DNA of 64,000 bases, taken from IMG/VR virus record IMGVR_UViG_3300003690_000002, positions 96,001 to 160,000 of that record; one strand, written 5' to 3'. How positions within the stretch are numbered: the first letter of the stretch is position 1; each line of letters starts with the position of its first letter. The position numbers and the translations under genes were made by a program. This document shows, piece by piece, positions 10,775 through 20,592 of this stretch. This stretch comes from a virus. The notes beneath the pieces are model-generated. The model ran no database searches. It had not been told where the DNA came from and worked only from the letters and a program-made list of their open reading frames with translations.

Positions 10775-11935
10775 TTATTTAGTCCATAATTTTTTAAGTT
10801 TTGTATAAATTTCTTTATTGTGCCATTCGCTGAGAGGTTCATGTTCTTCTTCAGGAAAACCATTAAGTTCCTCTTCTTCATCGCGATTATATGCAGGCTC
10901 TAGCCCTTTGCCTAAACCTGGGTGTTCTCCGTAGTCCTCAAGCTCTTTTCGACCAGGATATGGTGTATCTTTTTCGAATTCTGCCTCTTCTGGGTTTTCT
11001 ACTGGCTCATCTTCGACTTCTTGAAGATCTTTAACAAAATATTGGAGTAAGCTTTTTGCCTCTTCTGGAGAAAATCCTGCTTTTACTAATTTATCATATC
11101 CGTTCTTAACATCTCCTTTTTCTGGAGGTGCAATTTTATCCTGTTTCATTTCTTGCTCGCCTGGTTGCTCTTCTTTAATGTCTTCTAGAAATTCTAAAAC
11201 TGCTTCTTCAATAATTTCTTTGATATCCACTGATTCGCTAACTTCTTTTTCCCTGTTGCTAGGATTGTGAGCTAATTTTGAAGCTGGGCTCATTGGATGT
11301 TCTTCTTGTTCTTCTACTTCTTCTTCATCATCATCTTTTTCTTCTTCATCATATGTAATGAGTTCAGTTTTATAATCATCATGCCAAGAGGCTCCACCTC
11401 TTTCTTCGGCTAAGTTAAAGTTATTTAAATTAAACTTCTTTGCTAGAGCGGCACTTAGTTTTTTATTTCTTTCTGTCATTAGAGACATAATATCATTTCT
11501 CCCATTGTTGTAATTAGTTTCTTGCATTGCCATCTTCCTTGTGTCTTCCCAATCTCTAAAAATAATATTTCCTTGTAAATAGGCTTCTTTTTCCATATTT
11601 CTTAAATGAGTATTATTTTGTGCATATCCTTCTTCAGCGGCAATATCCCCAGCAAGCTTGCCTTCACAATTCTGAGAGTGGTGTACTAATTCATGTGAAA
11701 ATGATCTTAAAATATCTTTTGGATGTCGTTTATCAACATATATAACAATTGTATATGTCGATGGGTTGTAATACCCTGTCTTTCCAAGAGTTTTTTTTGC
11801 ATTTTCAATATCTGAATTGAATACAAGTTCGGGACGTTTATCAAAGCCTAATTGTTTTTTTGCATAAGGATAAAAATCTTTTACTAATGATTCAAGTTCA
11901 GAAATGTCTTTTTTTGCATTATTTTGAATATTCAT
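10775..11935 (-). CDS. Zincin (HExxH) metallopeptidase-like domain plus acidic region
   Basis: RSFSHELVHH and downstream MEKEAY; Glu/Pro-rich C-terminal half. Confidence 0.6.
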   Translation of the reverse strand: MNIQNNAKKDISELESLVKDFYPYAKKQLGFDKRPELVFNSDIENAKKTLGKTGYYNPSTYTIVIYVDKRHPKDILRSFSHELVHHSQNCEGKLAGDIAAEEGYAQNNTHLRNMEKEAYLQGNIIFRDWEDTRKMAMQETNYNNGRNDIMSLMTERNKKLSAALAKKFNLNNFNLAEERGGASWHDDYKTELITYDEEEKDDDEEEVEEQEEHPMSPASKLAHNPSNREKEVSESVDIKEIIEEAVLEFLEDIKEEQPGEQEMKQDKIAPPEKGDVKNGYDKLVKAGFSPEEAKSLLQYFVKDLQEVEDEPVENPEEAEFEKDTPYPGRKELEDYGEHPGLGKGLEPAYNRDEEEELNGFPEEEHEPLSEWHNKEIYTKLKKLWTK

Positions 11936-13445
11936 GGTAAAAATATTCCATTAATTTATCTTTCTTCAAGACAAGAGCTTCCTTAACAACTCTTTTTAAC
12001 TGATCTTCTTTTAATCTTTTAGTTGATTTTCCAACATTATATTCCGAAGCTATCCATTTTGCCATCAATTTTGGTAAATTTTTAGCTTGATTTGGGCTCA
12101 ATAAACCAACACCTAGTGGTAACTCTTTCATTTGCGCACCTGTGGCTACAATTGGTTTACCAACTTTTCCACTTTCTGGTTTATATTCTTGCTCTCCCGT
12201 GCCATATTTAAAAATCATATTTTGTATACTTTTTCTAAAAGTTCCATCTGATAATTCTTTTTCTATTGCTTTTAAACCACGTACATCTTCTGTTGTATCT
12301 TGTGTTGGTTCTTCATCTGGTGCTTGTGTAGTTTCTTTCTCTGGCGGTTCTGTGGGTTTGAGCGGGGTGGGACCTCGTTCTCCAATTCTTTTTACTTCTT
12401 CTCCGGCACCATGTTTGTCTGATAAATATTTTGCAACCATTTCTGCTAAATTTCTAGCCATTGATCTAGTGATTTTTCCGACCCCATACGGTTGTTTTCC
12501 ATCTCGCTGTTGAACGTGAACGAAAGGACCGCTTTCCGAGGGTCCTCTTTTGGGCATATTTACTTGATCTTCTGTACCATACTTTCTAAAAACCTGATAT
12601 AATTTGTCTCTAAAAGATCCTGTCTCTAAATCGTTGGAGATTTTTTCTGGTGCTTCTTCTTCGCCCTCGCCTTCTTCTTCCCCGGTTTCTTTCCCGATAT
12701 CTCCCGTTGTTAGTATGTTTTGCAAATTTCCAACCGTTAAATCCCCACCTTGGCTTAGTTGATTAATGTTTTGTGAAACTTGTTGAACTGTTATGTTCGG
12801 ATCTCCACCTCGGGCGGCGGCAACAAGTGCTATAATTTGATCAAAAGATGGAGTCCCAGCGCCACCGCCGTTGCCGTTGTCACCCTGATCAGGGCTAGGA
12901 GCGCCCCCCCCACCTGTTCCTTTTGGCACTTGACCAATATATTTTATAAATTGCATTGGTCTTTTATTCTTGACAACATGATCCATATAGAAATTTATTC
13001 TATCTTCTTTTGACTGTCCTAGTTTATTAGCCCAAGTATTCCACTTTTCTAGAGAATCTCCACGAGGGAGCCTATATTCAAAATTTGGATAGCGAGTCTT
13101 TTCAGCTTGATCCATTCCGTATTTTGGGTCATCTGGGTTTAAATCTCCAGATTGCATCCTTTGTTCTATTTCACTTTTAATATCATCGACTGTGATATTT
13201 TTTGACTCGTCACCAATGGGATCTCCTTTTTTAAATTTTTTAAAAATCTTTGCATATCCCTGTGCTTCAACATCCTCACCACCGTCACCAGCGCCGCCGA
13301 GGGCTAATTCCGGTGCGCCATATTTTTTTGCCGCAAGACCTCCTTTGGCATAACCAAGACGCTGACCAGCTATAGCTTCTTTTAAAGGTAGAGAGTATTC
13401 TAAAATTGCTTTTTTTATTTTTTCTCTAAGTGATTGCTTAAGCAT
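11919..13445 (-). CDS. Gly/Pro/Glu-rich hypothetical, probable virion-associated protein
   Basis: 508-aa ORF; leader-B-like helices at N-terminus (LREKIKKAILE) and C-terminus (QLKRVVKEAL); late motif upstream at 13479-13488. Confidence 0.55.
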   Translation of the reverse strand: MLKQSLREKIKKAILEYSLPLKEAIAGQRLGYAKGGLAAKKYGAPELALGGAGDGGEDVEAQGYAKIFKKFKKGDPIGDESKNITVDDIKSEIEQRMQSGDLNPDDPKYGMDQAEKTRYPNFEYRLPRGDSLEKWNTWANKLGQSKEDRINFYMDHVVKNKRPMQFIKYIGQVPKGTGGGGAPSPDQGDNGNGGGAGTPSFDQIIALVAAARGGDPNITVQQVSQNINQLSQGGDLTVGNLQNILTTGDIGKETGEEEGEGEEEAPEKISNDLETGSFRDKLYQVFRKYGTEDQVNMPKRGPSESGPFVHVQQRDGKQPYGVGKITRSMARNLAEMVAKYLSDKHGAGEEVKRIGERGPTPLKPTEPPEKETTQAPDEEPTQDTTEDVRGLKAIEKELSDGTFRKSIQNMIFKYGTGEQEYKPESGKVGKPIVATGAQMKELPLGVGLLSPNQAKNLPKLMAKWIASEYNVGKSTKRLKEDQLKRVVKEALVLKKDKLMEYFYHEYSK

Positions 13446-13724
13446 GCCAATATATCCTATATTTATGTAGAATTATATTATAAATAGTATATTATACCTT
13501 TAACGCTAGAAAATTTAATCATTGTTTTTTCTAATCTGAAAGATTTGTAATATAATTTTCTAACTCTTCTTCTAAAACTTTAATTACATTTTCTAATCGT
13601 ATTAAAAGATCTCCTGGTACATCAACACCTCTTATTACAAGCTCTCTAGCTTCTCCAAGTGCCCTCTCCGCCGCTATTAAGTCTTTTTTAATTCTTACTT
13701 CCCTTAAATAAATGATATTTCCCA

Positions 13725-13949
13725 TTATATAGTTGAAACTGGCACTAATGTGAACTCCAAGCACCAGAACTCCTCTCCATCCATCCAATTGACTTTTACA
13801 TCTAACACTTTTTCATGAGGTTTAAACTCTTTAGCTATTTTAATATCAGTTATTATTCCTAAAACTTTATCAGAGTCAAATTGAACTAAATCTCCAATTT
13901 TAAATTTATTTTTTGATTTTGTTATATCTGTGTCGGTATTTATCTTCAT
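13725..13949 (-). CDS. KOW/SH3-like small protein (KIGDLV family)
   Basis: KFKIGDLVQF...GIITDI...VKVNW. Confidence 0.55.
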   Translation of the reverse strand: MKINTDTDITKSKNKFKIGDLVQFDSDKVLGIITDIKIAKEFKPHEKVLDVKVNWMDGEEFWCLEFTLVPVSTI

Positions 13950-13983
13950 AGAGGTGGAGTTTCTTCTCGCATTGTAATATTCT

Positions 13984-15825
13984 CTACGGACCCTCCTCAC
14001 CACAAGCAGTTTCATTTAAAATCTCTGAGAGATATGCATATATTTCTGTTGCTGAGTTTGTTAGTTCATACCATTTTCCTAGCGCACTGGTTAAAGAAAG
14101 AGGTTCCCAACCACCTGCTTTACCAAGAAAATTATATGTTTTATAATATAATGAAGTAAATGTATAGATTGATAGTTTAGGATCTTGTTTAATCAAGTCT
14201 AATAAAATAGGTTGAGTAATATAACCATTGCCATATGCTGTCTTCCCGTTGATCGGGGCTATCGTGGGAGAATTCATATAGCTTTGTCCCTCTTCATCTG
14301 TAAAAACAATTATAACGTGATTCGCATTGGGTCGCCAACTTACCGAGAAATTTTGGAGATCAGGAACCGAGTCAACCCAAGGAATCCATTGAAGATCGGA
14401 TATTTGATAAGGCATTGAAGTTTGCGGTACAATTCCTTTCATAAGAAGATATATCATATCATAAAGCATTTCATAACCACCCTGTGTTTGAAAACCAGTA
14501 CTGGCAATTGTATTATAAAAAATATCAAAAGGCTCTAGATCAGAAACAAGAAGCGCTTTTTCACCCCACCCCAGATTATATGTGGGAGCGTATATAAAAC
14601 CCCATTTAACAGCAGATTGATCAGCGAATTCTTGTGAAAAAATGCTTAGTGCCGCTAAAACACCACTAATTTCATCTTCCATTGAACCAGAGCCGTCGAC
14701 AACAAAAATTATATCAGTATCTTGCATTTCTTTGCCATCGTCAATTAATCCATCACAATTATCATCTTGACCATTGCAAGCGTCTTTATCGTCTGGCGTT
14801 TTTTCATCGAGGCATAAATTTGGAATGAAATCATTATTACCGTCGTAGTTACCCCAATACCCGGCATCACAGATCATTTCACCAGGTAGACATATTCCAA
14901 TATTGAGAGTATCTATCGGACCGGTATAACACTCCTGAGCTAAACCCTCATCGATTAATTGGTTGCAGTTTTCATCATGATTGTTGCAAACTTCATTTTG
15001 TATGATCTGTCCAACTAGCGGATCGCACGGATTTGGTCCCGCTGTGGGGATATATGTACATAAAGCTTGGCAAGGTGACATTTGGAGCGCTTTACATTCC
15101 TCAGTAACACATTCGCACGTTTTAAAGCCTTGTCCGCACAAAAGAGGAGGTTCCTCACAAGGATATAAAACGCCAATTTGATCCCAAGTACATAAACATA
15201 GTAATTCTTCGTCAACTAACCCATCGCAATCATCGTCTTGACCATTACATACCTCCTCCTCGGGCTGTTGCGCAGTACAAAACCAACTACCATCTACACA
15301 TACGTTTAAATTTTCTTCACACGCCGTATTGCATTTTTCTATTAATCCTTCGTCTATTTTGCCATTACAATCATTGTCAAATCCGTCGCAAACTTCATCT
15401 GGGATGGGTCCGCATACATTACATGCATTTAATTGTCCCTCATCAACTAAGTCATCGCAATCATTATCAACATAATCGCAAACTTCCTCTGCTGGCTGTG
15501 GTGCATCACATGCCACAACCTTTCCTTCAACACAAAGACCATTCCCATCTCCGCATTCTGTACTACAAGGGTACTCGCCTTCATCTGTGGCACCATCACA
15601 GTCATTATCGATACCATCGCAGATTTCTTCTACGCAAGGATCACATATGCCGTATTCAAAATAACCTTTAAGGCAATAAACCTTTACAAAGCCATTAATT
15701 CCGTCTTCTGTGACACATTCTTCTTCTCTAATGACTTCATTGGTGGGAATACACTCTAAAATTTCTTCACATTCACTCATTTCGATAACTTTGTCATCAT
15801 CACAAATATCTACAATTACTTTCAT
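13984..15825 (-). CDS. Cys-rich CxxxDNDCDG repeat protein (myxobacterial-type putative metal-binding repeats) with C-terminal vWA domain; main body of a frameshifted lipoprotein gene
   Basis: About six E-(I/V)-C-(D/N)-G-x-D-(N/D)-D-C-(D/N)-G-like repeats; MIDAS motif VVDGSGS; IIVFTDE. Confidence 0.85.
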   Translation of the reverse strand: MKVIVDICDDDKVIEMSECEEILECIPTNEVIREEECVTEDGINGFVKVYCLKGYFEYGICDPCVEEICDGIDNDCDGATDEGEYPCSTECGDGNGLCVEGKVVACDAPQPAEEVCDYVDNDCDDLVDEGQLNACNVCGPIPDEVCDGFDNDCNGKIDEGLIEKCNTACEENLNVCVDGSWFCTAQQPEEEVCNGQDDDCDGLVDEELLCLCTWDQIGVLYPCEEPPLLCGQGFKTCECVTEECKALQMSPCQALCTYIPTAGPNPCDPLVGQIIQNEVCNNHDENCNQLIDEGLAQECYTGPIDTLNIGICLPGEMICDAGYWGNYDGNNDFIPNLCLDEKTPDDKDACNGQDDNCDGLIDDGKEMQDTDIIFVVDGSGSMEDEISGVLAALSIFSQEFADQSAVKWGFIYAPTYNLGWGEKALLVSDLEPFDIFYNTIASTGFQTQGGYEMLYDMIYLLMKGIVPQTSMPYQISDLQWIPWVDSVPDLQNFSVSWRPNANHVIIVFTDEEGQSYMNSPTIAPINGKTAYGNGYITQPILLDLIKQDPKLSIYTFTSLYYKTYNFLGKAGGWEPLSLTSALGKWYELTNSATEIYAYLSEILNETACGEEGP

Positions 15826-15835
15826 GCGCCAAACT

Positions 15836-16009
15836 TCATTTAAAGGGGGACAATAATAATACTATTATAGCGTCGGAAGGGGTATATAAGACTACATCAG
15901 GGAGATTATATACAATTGGCTGCGAATTTCCGACACCTCCGCCATGATTTTTACTACATGACACTAGAAATGTTAAAAATAGTAGTAAAAAGTACTTTTT
16001 ATAGGTCAT
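15836..16009 (-). CDS. 57-aa ORF carrying a lipoprotein signal peptide, probably the out-of-frame N-terminus of the 13984-15825 gene
   Basis: Hand translation MTYKKYFLLLFLTFLVS-C-SKNHGGGVGNS...PSDAII; frame changes in the ATT/TAT tract at about 15852-15869. Confidence 0.7.
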   Translation of the reverse strand: MTYKKYFLLLFLTFLVSCSKNHGGGVGNSQPIVYNLPDVVLYTPSDAIIVLLLSPFK

Positions 16010-16087
16010 ATTATAATTATATCAAACAATTATTTAAAATTAAAAACAAATGTTTTTTCCAGATATCCGGGCGAGAAAATAAAAAAA

Positions 16088-16429
16088 TTATGTTCTTTTT
16101 GGTATTGTAGTGAATTTTACGCCTAAAATTCTATCTCCCTCTTCATCTTTAATCTTTAATATTTTTGATCTTAAATAATCTCTATATGTGGCTATTGGTA
16201 TGTTTTTTGGCATGAATCTAACAGTTAAAACTGTTATTTTTTGAGTTGGACCGGTCTTTCTCGTCGCTGCCTCTGATTTGACAATTGTAACCCCATCAAT
16301 TGCCCTTATTTTGTTAAAAACGCTTGCATATAATGCCAAATCTTTAGAATATTTTATTAATATCTCTATTTCAAAGTGTTTTTCTTCCTCAAAGAGGTAT
16401 TTCTGCCAATTTTCAAATAATTTTTCCAA
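16088..16429 (-). CDS. Leader-A protein, unknown small alpha/beta domain
   Basis: MEKLFENWQKYLFEE leader. Confidence 0.7.
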   Translation of the reverse strand: MEKLFENWQKYLFEEEKHFEIEILIKYSKDLALYASVFNKIRAIDGVTIVKSEAATRKTGPTQKITVLTVRFMPKNIPIATYRDYLRSKILKIKDEEGDRILGVKFTTIPKRT

Positions 16430-16715
16430 AATAATTGTTCTTAAAGGTCAATTATGACCACTCCATCTGTTTTTTCATCTTTTTTTTCTTGTGTGGGTGG
16501 GATTTGTAAGTTTTCTAACATTGGAAGTCGTAAAAAATCTTGTTCTTGATCAATATTCTGCTTTTCTTGTTCTTCTTGCTCTTTTTTGATCAAAATATTG
16601 ATTAAATTTAGATCATTTATATCAATATCCCATATTTTTGGATTAAATGGCATTTCTATTACTCCTATATTAGTAATTAGTACCAGTTACTTGTCATATG
16701 TTCTTTTTATTGAAT

Positions 16716-17411
16716 TTATGTTCCTTGAAATCCCGGAGGGGCTGTTTTTGAGCGCTCGTAAGAAGGTTTTTTAATATATGGAGGATTTTTTGACCTATTT
16801 CCACCCATGCCAATATTTTTTTTCTTTGATTTTTCGTGCCCTTTCTTAACTGAAGCTTGATAATCTTCATCTAATTCTTGCAAAGCTAAATGTATTGCTT
16901 TTTTTTGATCGGGGAGAAGACCTCTAAATCCGTCTATCTCATGAATATCTACCCATTCATATTCTAAATTCTCTTCTAAATCAAGATCTATTGCCCCGGA
17001 ATACCTGTCTGTTTTGAAATAAGCTACATTTTTATGTTTTTTAACAAGCTCTAATTGACTAATTTCCAAATTTGTTTCTTCTTTAACCTCTCTTTTGCCA
17101 CCTGTTGCTACATTTTCACCTTTTTTAACATGACCTCCGGGGAGATCCCAATCATGATTCTTGTCAGCACGCTTTAAAAGTAAAAATTGCTTCTTCTCAT
17201 TAAAAATAATAACTTTTGAGACCTCATTTGTATCACCACCCTCCTCTGGAAATCTAGTTTCAGAATCAGGCACAGAAGAAGCATCAGCATATTGCCAAGA
17301 CTCTTCTCCCGAGCCTCCATATTTTAATGGATCCCTATATTTCCAGTTTCCTGTGGACTCTGGCTGTTCTTTTATGTATTTTCGCCAACTCTCAATCAAT
17401 AATTTCATCAT
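16716..17411 (-). CDS. Leader-A Nudix hydrolase
   Basis: MKLLIESWRKYIKE leader; Nudix box GGHVKKGENVATGGKREVKEETNL. Confidence 0.85.
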   Translation of the reverse strand: MMKLLIESWRKYIKEQPESTGNWKYRDPLKYGGSGEESWQYADASSVPDSETRFPEEGGDTNEVSKVIIFNEKKQFLLLKRADKNHDWDLPGGHVKKGENVATGGKREVKEETNLEISQLELVKKHKNVAYFKTDRYSGAIDLDLEENLEYEWVDIHEIDGFRGLLPDQKKAIHLALQELDEDYQASVKKGHEKSKKKNIGMGGNRSKNPPYIKKPSYERSKTAPPGFQGT

Positions 17412-17843
17412 ATTTTTTCCTCACTAAAACCAATATTAGGGTTTAAAAAACCCCCAGTCACCATTAGCTCTATACATCTCATCCCAGAGCATATCTTCAA
17501 CCTCTTTTATATGATCTTCATTGAGGAAATCTTTCATCTCGGCTAAATTGTCAAATGCTTCAGTAATATTTAATTTACCTTTTTCATATTCAATACAAAT
17601 CAAACACATTATAACTCTCCTCTTTGTTTATAAATAGTTATTTGTTTTTCATATCTCTTATCAATCTATTAAAGCGTTTATCTTGGCTTTTCAATGCGCG
17701 GACTTGACCATTGAGAAAAGAAATTTCCAGTTCAAGACTGTTTAATCTAGATTCCATTGTATAATAAAGACCCGCCATCACACAAGTTGTTGTAATAATT
17801 AAAATAAGTGTTTTAAAATCGATTTTTAGTTTATCCATTAACC

Positions 17844-18431
17844 TTATATCCCCTCATATAAATCAACGTATTCTTCCCAATCTTCTTCCGGGTCAAACGG
17901 TTTAACATCCGGCTCTGTTATTTCAGGCTTTTCAGGTGTTTTTTCAATAATTTTATTAGAAAATTGTTGCAAAGTTGACATATTTTGCTTAAAAAACACG
18001 AAAAAGAAGGGATTTTCATCACCTTCGTACTTAAATTCCTCTTTTTTTTCTTTAAATACCCCAAATTTATTATTTTTTGGTATAAATTTTTTCCAAACTC
18101 GAACTGCATCTGGGCTAGTTTCGTAGCTATCTGGTGAAAGACCTTTTTCTCCTGCCAATTCTAGAGCCATTAAGTACATGATTGTACCCACCCTTTCGCT
18201 ATTCTTGGGAGAAGATGACCACGATACTTCCCAATTAGGTACATCTATGCGTTTTTCAATAGAAATATAGGCATTTGTACCACTTTTTTTACTTGCTACT
18301 GGTTCTTTTGTGCTTATATCAAGTATATTTATGGTTATATCTTTTGAAGATTTTGTGATGTGATAAAAAAAATCATATGGGCTCTTATTCATATTTCTAT
18401 ATTCTCGCCAATTTTCAAGTAGGAGTTTCAT
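17844..18431 (-). CDS. Leader-A protein with GNAT-like fold
   Basis: MKLLLENWREY leader; RVGTIMYLMALE...LSPD...SPDAVRVW pattern. Confidence 0.5.
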   Translation of the reverse strand: MKLLLENWREYRNMNKSPYDFFYHITKSSKDITINILDISTKEPVASKKSGTNAYISIEKRIDVPNWEVSWSSSPKNSERVGTIMYLMALELAGEKGLSPDSYETSPDAVRVWKKFIPKNNKFGVFKEKKEEFKYEGDENPFFFVFFKQNMSTLQQFSNKIIEKTPEKPEITEPDVKPFDPEEDWEEYVDLYEGI

Positions 18432-18637
18432 TTATTTTCTCTCTTAATAGTATGTTTATTCCACTTTTGTAATTTTTTAATTAAATTCTCAAGGTTCCAT
18501 TTTCTTGGAACACAACACATTGGGAAAATAGCATGCAATAAAAAAACAATACCTCTAAATATTAAAACTAAACCAACTTTGCTAGCAAAAATTAAATGGC
18601 TCAAATAAGTTTCATTATTTTTCTTAAAATGATTCAT
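18428..18637 (-). CDS. Small membrane protein (DUF6356-like)
   Basis: NETYLSH...FASKVG...LLHAIFP. Confidence 0.5.
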   Translation of the reverse strand: MNHFKKNNETYLSHLIFASKVGLVLIFRGIVFLLHAIFPMCCVPRKWNLENLIKKLQKWNKHTIKRENK

Positions 18638-19266
18638 ACTTTAACTAGTTCTTTTTTTTCAAGGTCTAGTTTGTATCCAATTATTTCAGGATCAACTTCA
18701 CCTACGTTAAAAAAATCAAAACCAGGCAATATTGCTATTTTTTGTTCTGGAAAGGATCCTCTTTTTATAAAATAGCTAGCTTGACCTATAACTTCTGTAA
18801 ACAATGCTCCTGCGGCTTTAGGAGGGACCGTTTTCATATGTCCATTATATGCTGCTATTTCTCCTTGTAATGTAAAATCTGCACCTCTTTGACAGTGTGT
18901 CATGTAATCGTGTACTGCTCGTGTTTTTAAATTAAACTCGGGCTCAAATATAGGATGCTCCGTCCCGCCAGTCCAAATTTTTAAAACGCCATTTTGTGCG
19001 GCATCAGCGCACATTTCTTTCTCAGATGGGTAAGGATCTTCTTCTACAAACTGAACATCTACTCTAGATTGGATTCTTTGAAACATTTTATTGACAAATG
19101 GCTCTAGAGCTTCAAAAGAAGAAACTGCAGTGGGGTCAAACTCCGGAGCATTTTCATACGCTTGTGTAACTAATTCTCCATAAAGATCCCAACCATTTGG
19201 ACCAGGCTTAAGCATTAATTTTTCTGTTAATATAAATTCTCGCCAATTTTCAAGTAAAAGTTTCAT
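18634..19266 (-). CDS. Leader-A hypothetical protein, possible metal-binding HDxxxH
   Basis: MKLLLENWREFILTE from ATG 19266; RAVHDYMTH. Confidence 0.65.
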   Translation of the reverse strand: MKLLLENWREFILTEKLMLKPGPNGWDLYGELVTQAYENAPEFDPTAVSSFEALEPFVNKMFQRIQSRVDVQFVEEDPYPSEKEMCADAAQNGVLKIWTGGTEHPIFEPEFNLKTRAVHDYMTHCQRGADFTLQGEIAAYNGHMKTVPPKAAGALFTEVIGQASYFIKRGSFPEQKIAILPGFDFFNVGEVDPEIIGYKLDLEKKELVKV

Positions 19267-19802
19267 GCCTGTACCCCCATAGGTGCACCGCCCCACAAAT
19301 ATCGAAATTTAAGAGAGGGTTTGTACGGATCGCCGTCGTCAATATAAACGCTGATATTCGTCACCGGGATCTCCTCGCCCTTTTTAAAAGCCACCTCCGA
19401 TTCATCATAAAACATTTTAGGTTCTTCACCAGCTGCCTGCGGATCGTAACCAAAATCTTCTGCAACCATTGCTGAGAGAATGACATGGAGTGTTTTCCCG
19501 CGATTTTTAGCGCCCCACGGGCTTGCAAAACTCACGGCAACCCTTCGGTCAAGAGTCCAAGAAATTCCAATGCCTCGATCAACCGCCTGGGCAAGTAGAA
19601 TCCGTGCGGCTTCTGGTGCGCTTAAGCCTGCGGGTTTGTCCCGAGCAATCTTTCTAATTTGAGATGCCAAAGTTGCAGAAGGCATATCCAATGCCATGCC
19701 TCTATATATTTTTCGCATTTTCTTGGGGCGGGATGGCTCTGATTGTTCTAGCAAGTACTCTCGCCAATTTTCAAGTAGGAGTTTGATTGCTAATCCTCCC
19801 AT
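19263..19802 (-). CDS. Leader-A ADP-ribosyltransferase-like protein (R-S-E clade)
   Basis: IYRG, ISWT, DESEV motifs in canonical order; leader begins with ATC instead of ATG at 19787. Confidence 0.68.
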   Translation of the reverse strand: MGGLAIKLLLENWREYLLEQSEPSRPKKMRKIYRGMALDMPSATLASQIRKIARDKPAGLSAPEAARILLAQAVDRGIGISWTLDRRVAVSFASPWGAKNRGKTLHVILSAMVAEDFGYDPQAAGEEPKMFYDESEVAFKKGEEIPVTNISVYIDDGDPYKPSLKFRYLWGGAPMGVQA

Positions 19803-20200
19803 TGTGCTGGTTCTCTATGGCGCGTTAAATCAGTTACTACATTCTTGATGCGATTATGATAATCCTTTAAAGATTGTTCACCATATCGATATGGATCGAT
19901 ATAATCTTGTAATGCCACCTCTTTTGTTTTATATTTAAAATCATCAGAATTGCCGCTGTAAATATACATTGTTTTTAAAATACTATTAATTTCATTTTTA
20001 TCTTCTGTGGTTTTAAGTTTATCAAAAAAATCTAATAGTGTATTTGTCTGGTGAATGTTTTTGGATGGGTTCTTAATGATATCTAACTTTGTGATTTGTG
20101 AAAAAGTTTTTCCAATATCCCATGGTTCATCTTTAGGAGGAGGAAAAGAATCAATTCGTTCGTTTAAATATCGCCGCCAATTTTCAAGTAGGAGTTTCAT
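19790..20200 (-). CDS. Leader-A hypothetical protein
   Basis: MKLLLENWRRYLNE; late motif at 20205-20213. Confidence 0.7.
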   Translation of the reverse strand: MKLLLENWRRYLNERIDSFPPPKDEPWDIGKTFSQITKLDIIKNPSKNIHQTNTLLDFFDKLKTTEDKNEINSILKTMYIYSGNSDDFKYKTKEVALQDYIDPYRYGEQSLKDYHNRIKNVVTDLTRHREPAQWED

Positions 20201-20238
20201 ATTATTAATTAGTTCAAATATATTGAATTCTTCTTATA

Positions 20239-20559
20239 TTAGACCGCGAAGGAAGAACCACAGCCGCAGGTGCGGGTCGCGTTGGGGTTCTCGAAATGGA
20301 AGCCGGAGAACTTAAAGGACTCGATGTAGTCGATGGTCGTGCCATCCAGATATTGGTGGCTCATGGGATCGACGTACACCTTCAAGCCATCACGCTCAAT
20401 GACTGAATCGCCCGCATTCTCTTGGTTTTCCAGATCCATATCGTAGGTGAACCCGGAGCATCCACCGCCGACGACCATCAGCCGAAGACCATAGCCTTCC
20501 AACCCTTGCTGATTGGCTAATTCTTGTACTTTTTTAATTGCTTTTACTGTAATGTTCAT
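20239..20559 (-). CDS. iscA: A-type Fe-S carrier (IscA/HesB/ErpA family)
   Basis: GGGCSG and C-terminal CGCGSSF; paralogue within the family uncertain. Confidence 0.9.
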   Translation of the reverse strand: MNITVKAIKKVQELANQQGLEGYGLRLMVVGGGCSGFTYDMDLENQENAGDSVIERDGLKVYVDPMSHQYLDGTTIDYIESFKFSGFHFENPNATRTCGCGSSFAV

Positions 20560-20592
20560 TTAAATATCTCTACTAGTTTTTAAGTATATGTT

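Noticed and set aside
13479-13488. T4 late promoter TATAAATA read on the plus strand
   Set aside because: It points away from the genes it precedes; the plus-strand gene at 1436 shows the motif tracks the sense strand as CTADTTA.
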